Shown here in pieces: positions 57,942 to 64,000 of a DNA stretch of 64,000 nucleotides; within the stretch, counting starts at the first letter, position 1; every line of letters begins with the position of its first letter. Origin of the DNA: Anaerolineae bacterium (GTDB lineage Bacteria > Chloroflexota > Anaerolineae > UBA1429); contig OY776562.1 of NCBI GenBank assembly GCA_963675785.1, positions 960,001 through 1,024,000 of the forward strand, written 5' to 3'. The notes beneath the pieces were generated by a model, which was not told the origin of the DNA, ran no database searches, and saw only the letters and a list, made by a program, of their open reading frames with translations. Both the position numbers and the translations under genes were made by a program.

Positions 57942-59636
57942 ATGGCGCAGGTTTGGGCCACGGCCACTATCGGCGATTCGCGGGGATTGCATGCGCGCCT
58001 GGCCTGGCAGGTTCGACAGGCCGCGTTGGCTTCTGGCTGTCGGATCGTACTTACATGGCAGGGGCGTACTGCCGAGGCCGATTCTTTTGCCGAACTCCTG
58101 GCACTGGGCGCTGGATGTGGAGATGCAGTGGGTATCGCAGTGGACGGCGAGGATGCCGAGAGAGTTGCCGCTGAGCTTTGCTTTCTAGTGGAGCGCTCTG
58201 AGGAGGCAGCAGCCCTAGCTCCTATGGCCGAGAGCGTGCTGGCCCCCGGCCGGGCTAGCGGCGCGATCTATCGGGTGATTCCCGATGAAGATACGCTTCA
58301 AAGCCGTCTCCATGATGCGACCTGGCGCGATCGTGCAGCCCAAGCTTTGGCAACTGAGATTACTAGCCAAACCTGGGATGAGGATATTCGCGCTATTCTG
58401 GAAGCCTCTCTGGCTGTGCTCATCTGTACGAATGTGGATTTGCCCGAGATGTTGCGCTCGGTCCCAGTAGAGGTTCGTCGTGACGTGCTGCGTCGTGTTC
58501 AGCATTACCACAAGCCCCGTACATCCGATTCGCGTGAGTTGGTGATTGTGGGTGAGTACCTCTTGCCAGCGGACCTGCTGCCGCCGTCTGGTTGTCGCGT
58601 GGTAGGCGCCTGTTGCGTAGCTAACGGCTGGCTTTCTCATGCAGCAGTGTATGCCAGGTCGTTGGGCATCCCCATGATCGCCGTCAGTTCAGGCGAACTG
58701 GCTGCGTTGTATGACGGTCAAGATATGACTATCGGTGAGGATTTGCCGGTAAAGGCAGAGGCAATGCCACTGTGGCCTGGCTTAAACTCGAACATAGCCT
58801 TATGGTTGGATTCGGCATCTCCCGAGGAGGTGCGTGCTGGTCTGGCTAGAGGAGCAGTCGGGGTGGGTCTTGTGCGTAGCGAGTTTTTGGCGGCACAAGC
58901 TTGTGGTTGGCAGGCCAAGGGACTGACACGCGCTATATCCGAGTTGCTCGATGCTGCGGGTGATCGTCCAGTGGTGCTGCGGCTACCGCAATCTGATGGG
59001 CTGTATGGCAGCATCACAGACGAGAACTGGTTGATGCGGCATCCTGGCATTTTGCAGATGTTGCTGGAGGTATTCTCTCAGACTGCCCCCGGACATGATG
59101 TCCGCCTTGCCGTGTCGCGCGTGACCTCGCAGGAGAGTTGGCAGGCCGTTATCACCATAGTGCGCGAAGCGGGTCTGTCCTTGCCGGTTTATGCCTGCAT
59201 CGAGAGTGAGCAAGGACTGTCTGTCCTATCCTCTCTTGTGCCGCGCCCCGCTGGTTTGTTGTTGGGTACGGGAGATTTGGCTGCTGATCTGGCCGGCTTG
59301 AATCGCGAGACTGCCCCTATAAAAGATGTCTTTTACTCTATGGATTTCGTTCAGGCCGTGCGTATGCTGGTTCTTCGGGCGCAAGAGTTGGAATTACCCC
59401 TCATTGGCTGTGGGGCGGCGGCCTACCAATTACCCGAGGCAGCGTTACTGGTGGCCTTGGGGATGGGCGATCTGGCTGTGCCAGCAACGGGCGTTATTGC
59501 GTTGCGCAGCGGCTTGGCACATCTCACTCCGCACAGTGCTAATGCACTCGGCAAAGAGCTGCTCAATTGCACATCTGCGCAGCAAATACAGACAAGGGTT
59601 CAGCGCTGGCTGAAGGAGACAGGAGCTCAAGTGTGA
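57942..59636 (+). CDS. HPr - enzyme I fusion, divergent
   Basis: GLHAR (HPr His), SHAAVYARSLGIP (EI His), GVGLVRSEF, GTGDL. Confidence 0.82.
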   Translation: MAQVWATATIGDSRGLHARLAWQVRQAALASGCRIVLTWQGRTAEADSFAELLALGAGCGDAVGIAVDGEDAERVAAELCFLVERSEEAAALAPMAESVLAPGRASGAIYRVIPDEDTLQSRLHDATWRDRAAQALATEITSQTWDEDIRAILEASLAVLICTNVDLPEMLRSVPVEVRRDVLRRVQHYHKPRTSDSRELVIVGEYLLPADLLPPSGCRVVGACCVANGWLSHAAVYARSLGIPMIAVSSGELAALYDGQDMTIGEDLPVKAEAMPLWPGLNSNIALWLDSASPEEVRAGLARGAVGVGLVRSEFLAAQACGWQAKGLTRAISELLDAAGDRPVVLRLPQSDGLYGSITDENWLMRHPGILQMLLEVFSQTAPGHDVRLAVSRVTSQESWQAVITIVREAGLSLPVYACIESEQGLSVLSSLVPRPAGLLLGTGDLAADLAGLNRETAPIKDVFYSMDFVQAVRMLVLRAQELELPLIGCGAAAYQLPEAALLVALGMGDLAVPATGVIALRSGLAHLTPHSANALGKELLNCTSAQQIQTRVQRWLKETGAQV

Positions 59637-60121
59637 TGAAACAGGTGTTGGTCGTGGGCATCGCTGGTTGGCATAATTCGGGTAAAACGACTTTTATCGA
59701 GGCCTTGGTGCATGAACTCGTGAGCCGAGACATGCATGTAGGCGTTATTAAGCATACTCGCCAAGAGGTAGAACTCGATACTGAGGGTACGGATTCGTGG
59801 CGCATGGGGCAGGCAGGCGCCGAGCGTGTCGCCCTGGTTGGGCCAGCGGGTATGGCCTTGTACGAGTACGGCCCTGAACCTGATTTCGACGAGGTGTTGA
59901 CCAGATTCTCGCCCGGTCTCGATATTGTACTCGTCGAGGGCTACAAATCAGTGCCCATGCCGAGGATCGAAGTGCGCCGGACGGCGAGCGATGAAGCCTT
60001 GCCCTTGGATAGCGAAAGGCTCGCCATTGTTTGCAGCGAGCCTTTCAAAGCCGATGTTCCTGTATTATCCCCAGATGACATTGAAGGGATACTCGCTCTC
60101 CTGAAAGAGCGCGGCTTATGA
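59636..60121 (+). CDS. mobB: Molybdopterin-guanine dinucleotide biosynthesis protein B
   Basis: GWHNSGKTT, IKH, GTDS, LVEGYK. Confidence 0.92.
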   Translation: MKQVLVVGIAGWHNSGKTTFIEALVHELVSRDMHVGVIKHTRQEVELDTEGTDSWRMGQAGAERVALVGPAGMALYEYGPEPDFDEVLTRFSPGLDIVLVEGYKSVPMPRIEVRRTASDEALPLDSERLAIVCSEPFKADVPVLSPDDIEGILALLKERGL

Positions 60122-61147
60122 TTCTTCGGTAGTCTTGAGGGGCTTGCTGGCCACATAGATGAGCAGGCTAAGGATCAGCAGTCCGGCGGCGACGAGTACA
60201 GTGAACTTGAGCAGTCGAGAAGAAATGAGCAGCGCAGCGGCACCCAAGAGTGCCGTGATGCCATAGTACATTAGCACGATGCGGCTTTGTGGCCATCCCA
60301 GATCCTGCAGGCGAAGATGTAAATGTCCCCGTCCAGCAGTGGTAGCTCGGACTCCGCTCTTCCATCGCGAATAAACCTGCCAGATTAGATCGACGATGGG
60401 TAACCACAGCACCAACAGTGCGGTAGCCACTTTGGCGCCAGCCACAATAGACAGTGCCCCCAGGCCAAAACCGAGTACGTAGGCGCCGCCCCCCAGGAAG
60501 ATCTTGGCGGGGTGAAAATTATAAGGTAGGAACCCCACACAGCAGCCCAACAGGGCCAGTGGCAACAGTGATACGCTGTACTGCTCCAACCTGAGCATGT
60601 GGATAAAGAGGATCAATGAGGAGATGGCTGTCACGCCTGCCACTAGGCCGTCTAGGCCATCCAGTACGTTCAAGGTAATGGGAAAGCCAACTAGCCAGAC
60701 CAGAGTGATAGGGATCATGATATACCAATCCACCACGACTTGGGCATCAGTAAAGGGATTGTTGAAGCGTTCGATGAATACCTGGCAGATCATTGCTACA
60801 GCAGCGGCTAGCACCAGGCCGATGAGCTGCTTCCAGCCGGGCCAATGGTAGCGATCGTCAAGCAGGCCCATGCACCAAACGATGATCATACCTGCCAGTA
60901 CGCCAAAGAGTCGCGTCAATTCGAGAGAATCGATGCGAGGCAGCGGCACGGTAATCAATGCCGCTGCAGCAAAGGCTGGTAAGAGGCCAAGGCCGCCGAT
61001 GCGCACCACGCGTCCCTTGTGCTTGCGCCGTCCCCCGGGCTCATCAACCAGACCAAGCTGGTCGCCAATGCGTATGGACAGTGGTGTGAGCAGGTAAACG
61101 CCCAATGCGCTGATAGCAAAGACAGCAATATACCAGAGTGCGCTCAT
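60116..61147 (-). CDS. MraY-like glycosyltransferase family 4 (WecA/TagO)
   Basis: GLLDD, NVLDGLDGL, YNFHPAKIFLG, HLH. Confidence 0.9.
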   Translation of the reverse strand: MSALWYIAVFAISALGVYLLTPLSIRIGDQLGLVDEPGGRRKHKGRVVRIGGLGLLPAFAAAALITVPLPRIDSLELTRLFGVLAGMIIVWCMGLLDDRYHWPGWKQLIGLVLAAAVAMICQVFIERFNNPFTDAQVVVDWYIMIPITLVWLVGFPITLNVLDGLDGLVAGVTAISSLILFIHMLRLEQYSVSLLPLALLGCCVGFLPYNFHPAKIFLGGGAYVLGFGLGALSIVAGAKVATALLVLWLPIVDLIWQVYSRWKSGVRATTAGRGHLHLRLQDLGWPQSRIVLMYYGITALLGAAALLISSRLLKFTVLVAAGLLILSLLIYVASKPLKTTEES

Positions 61148-61199
61148 CGACTACCTCGAATTCAGTATGTTCTGCTGGTTGGCAGAACGTTGAATAAGG

Positions 61200-61862
61200 T
61201 TAGGCGGTTCCGAACTGACGATCGCCTGCATCACCGAGACCCGGAAGGATATAGCCTTGCGGCGGATCGTCTGGGCTGGTAGGTGCTGGTGTCAATCGTT
61301 CATCAATCGCGGCAATGTGAATATCGACATCAGGATGGGCGGTAGCCAGTGCTCTGATGCCTTCAGGCGCGGCGATAATCCCCATATACTTGATGCGCTT
61401 GGCGCCCCATTTTTTGAGGATGTCGATGGTTGCGGTGGCAGAACCACCCGTTGCCAGCATGGGATCCAACACCAGGCAAACTTGCACAGTGGGGTTCACC
61501 GGCAGTTTGTTATAATACTGCACGGGTTCCAGGGTCTGATGGTCGCGGTACAGGCCAATGTGCCAGACTTCAGCGCCCGGCAGCAGATTCCACATACCCT
61601 CGACCATACCCAGGCCGGCACGCAGAACGGGCACCAGGCCGACTTTTTCAGCGAGACGAACGCCCGTTGTAACAGCCAAAGGCGTTTGTACGGTTCTGGG
61701 TTCGAGTTCCAAATCACGTGTAGCCTCGTATCCGAGCAACACCGAGATCTCGTTGATCAGCTCACGAAACTTTTTCGGTTCGGTCTCTACACTGCGCAGC
61801 AGCGTTACCTTGTGTTTCACGAGGGGGTGCTGTGATTCGAACACCCTGTCGCCCAAGCTCAT
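61200..61862 (-). CDS. upp: Uracil phosphoribosyltransferase
   Basis: [28 protein letters not shown]. Confidence 0.97.
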   Translation of the reverse strand: MSLGDRVFESQHPLVKHKVTLLRSVETEPKKFRELINEISVLLGYEATRDLELEPRTVQTPLAVTTGVRLAEKVGLVPVLRAGLGMVEGMWNLLPGAEVWHIGLYRDHQTLEPVQYYNKLPVNPTVQVCLVLDPMLATGGSATATIDILKKWGAKRIKYMGIIAAPEGIRALATAHPDVDIHIAAIDERLTPAPTSPDDPPQGYILPGLGDAGDRQFGTA

Positions 61863-61883
61863 GGCTTTCTCCTTTGCTTGCAA

Positions 61884-61921
61884 AGAGGGGTAGCGCTCTC
61901 AAAAACGCTACCCCTCTCTTT
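61884..61921. terminator. Terminator-like hairpin between porB and upp
   Basis: agaggggtagcg...cgctacccctct. Confidence 0.65.
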
Positions 61922-61933
61922 AACGATCCACTG

Positions 61934-62881
61934 CTACTTGGAGCACTCTTCTTCGTGCAACAAGCGCTCCCATTCCCAATCCGTACGCTCCTGAATTTCC
62001 TGGAGGAGCTGGGCATTGGCGGGGCGGAAGAGGTGACGGAACCGACCCTGCGTATTGAGCCACTCAGCGACGGGCTGTTTTTCGCGGGGCTTGTAGTTGA
62101 CGATGGTCTTGCCATTTTCAACTTCGTACAGCGGCCAGTAGCAAGTATCAGCTGCTAGCTGGCAGATGTTCATGGCCTGATCTGAAGCATGGCGCCAGCC
62201 ACGAGGGCAGGGAGCCAGGATATTCAGCACGGCCGGACCATCGGCTGCAAAAGCCTTCTTGACCTTGGTCATCAGGTCACGATAGTTGTGCGGTGCTGCC
62301 TGGGCGACGTAGGGAATGTCGTGGGCGGCCATAATGCGCGTGAACGGCTTGCGCCACTGGGGCTTGCCGGGCATCACCTTGCCAACTGGCGTGGTGGTGG
62401 TGTTAGCGCCGCGCGGCGTTGCACCAGAACGCTGAATGCCGGTGTTCATATAAGCTTCGTTGTTCAAGCACACATATACAAACTTGTGGCCGCGCTCCAA
62501 AGCGCCCGAGATGAACTGCAAGCCGATGTCATAGCTGGCGCCGTCGCCGCCGATGGCCATGAACTTGATCTCGGCATCTTCTGCGATCTTGCCAGTGCGC
62601 TTGAGCGCTTTATAAGCCGCCTCGACGCCAGAGATGGTGGTAGCAGCGTTTTCAAAGGCGGTGTGAATCCAGGGCACCTCCCACGCAGTGGTGGGGTATA
62701 CCGTGGTAGATACTTCCATACAACCAGTCGCGTTGGCGATGATGACTGGGCCATCGATAGCATGTAGGATCTGGCGCATGACGGTTGGCTCTGCGCAACC
62801 AGCGCAAAGACGGTGACCGGAAGCGAGACGCTCGGGGTCTTCAGCCATGTCGCGCAGACGAATGCGAATGTTCTCTGCCAT
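61934..62881 (-). CDS. porB: Pyruvate:ferredoxin oxidoreductase beta subunit
   Basis: CAGC, TGC, GGDG TPP motif, YMNTGIQRS, PCP. Confidence 0.93.
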   Translation of the reverse strand: MAENIRIRLRDMAEDPERLASGHRLCAGCAEPTVMRQILHAIDGPVIIANATGCMEVSTTVYPTTAWEVPWIHTAFENAATTISGVEAAYKALKRTGKIAEDAEIKFMAIGGDGASYDIGLQFISGALERGHKFVYVCLNNEAYMNTGIQRSGATPRGANTTTTPVGKVMPGKPQWRKPFTRIMAAHDIPYVAQAAPHNYRDLMTKVKKAFAADGPAVLNILAPCPRGWRHASDQAMNICQLAADTCYWPLYEVENGKTIVNYKPREKQPVAEWLNTQGRFRHLFRPANAQLLQEIQERTDWEWERLLHEEECSK

Positions 62882-62911
62882 ATTATGCACTCCTCTTCTC
62901 TTGCTGTCCGA

Positions 62912-64000
62912 TCACTCACGCAGGCCGAGGTAGCGAACCATGTCGCCGCGCTCGCCAGAGGAGGCAATCTCCTGGAGATCGGTATAGACCGACTCGATCA
63001 TTGGCGGAACGGTATCACGGCCACCAAGACCAAAGACATAGTTGACCAGTGGTAGGCCAGTCACACCCTCGTTGTAAAGAGCCGCTGCAACGTCGAGGAA
63101 GAGCGGACCGCAGCCCATAGGCGAGCCAAAGGAAATGGCGCGGTCAAGAACGGCTACAGCCTTGCAACCCTTGATGGCGTCGATGATTGCCGTATAAGGG
63201 AAGGGGCGGAAGAGCCGCGGCTTGACGAGGCCGACCTTGAGACCCTTGGCGCGAAGGTCACGGCATACTGTGCGGGTGGTACCTGCGGTAGAACTGAGTA
63301 CGATGATCGCCACATCGGCGTCATCCATCCCAAAGGTATCGAGGATGGGCTGGGGTCGGCCAGAGAGCGCGGCGTATTCGGCACTAACCTGCTCGATAAC
63401 GGGCAGGGCCTTTTCGAGGGCCTCGGTCTGCTGGCGCTTGTGTTCAAAGTAATAGTCAGTAAAGTCCCAGGCGCCCATGGTGACCGGACGTTCTACATCC
63501 AGCAGCCAATTGGTGGGGGCATAGGTGCCGACGAATTCCTTGACGGCCTCATCGGGCAGCATACCTACGCGCTCGACACCGTGACCGGTGATAAAACCGT
63601 CCTGGCAGGACATGACCGGGGTCAACACATCGGGATGCTCGGCAACGCGCATAGACTTGATGGTGTTATCGTAGGCTTCTTGTCCAGATTCGGCATAGAA
63701 CTGAATCCAGCCGCTATCGCGGGCAGACATGGAATCGGAATGATCGCAGTGGATGTTCAAGGGGCTGGAGAGGGCACGGTTCACCACGCTCATCACGATG
63801 GGCAAACGCATACCAGAAGCGGCGTAGAGCATCTCAAACATGAGTGCAAGGCCGTTGGCGGCAGTAGCCGTCATAACACGGGCACCAGCAGCTGAAGCGC
63901 CAACTGAGGCACTCATTGCGGCGTGCTCGCTCTCAACCGGCACAAACTCGGTGTGGACGATACCATCTGCGACAAACTGCGAAAAATTCTGTACAATTGC
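62912..64000 (-). CDS. porA: Pyruvate:ferredoxin oxidoreductase alpha subunit (5' end beyond window)
   Basis: VESEH, LNIHCDHSD, RLFRPFP, GLGGRD; frame open to the window edge. Confidence 0.93.
   Translation of the reverse strand, partial: AIVQNFSQFVADGIVHTEFVPVESEHAAMSASVGASAAGARVMTATAANGLALMFEMLYAASGMRLPIVMSVVNRALSSPLNIHCDHSDSMSARDSGWIQFYAESGQEAYDNTIKSMRVAEHPDVLTPVMSCQDGFITGHGVERVGMLPDEAVKEFVGTYAPTNWLLDVERPVTMGAWDFTDYYFEHKRQQTEALEKALPVIEQVSAEYAALSGRPQPILDTFGMDDADVAIIVLSSTAGTTRTVCRDLRAKGLKVGLVKPRLFRPFPYTAIIDAIKGCKAVAVLDRAISFGSPMGCGPLFLDVAAALYNEGVTGLPLVNYVFGLGGRDTVPPMIESVYTDLQEIASSGERGDMVRYLGLRE

Overview
About 64 kb of gene-dense, moderately GC-rich bacterial chromosome with no integrase, transposase, phage gene or CRISPR array visible. 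The gene complement (DUF2089/toastrack envelope-stress genes, URO-D-family protein, PAS hybrid kinases, GT39, porAB, larBE) suggests an anaerobic Chloroflexota (Anaerolineae-like) host; this is inference. Content: redox repair (msrB, trxB), metal uptake (orphan ZnuA; Fur-family regulator with an ATPase-less Opp/Nik-type ABC), TetR with a heterodimeric ABC exporter, an OmpR two-component system with a LanFE/BcrAB-like ABC, two hybrid kinases, nadE, tRNA-Glu, recJ, larE-larB-larC(C-half), a fused mannose-family PTS operon, mobB, upp and porAB. Best leads: (1) a stand-alone ~216-nt structured ncRNA (37881-38096) with its own sigma70 promoter and raiA-motif-like core words in a different scaffold; (2) a shared CsoR/CstR-type operator at msrB and trxB; (3) a duplicated toastrack gene, terminator included, that lost its membrane anchor and joined a DUF2089/SHOCT-pentapeptide operon; (4) a 4-gene PTS with IIC-IID and HPr-EI fusions divergent from nickel-pincer genes; (5) an unannotated 30-aa membrane peptide. 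All family calls come from motif recognition by eye; no searches were run.
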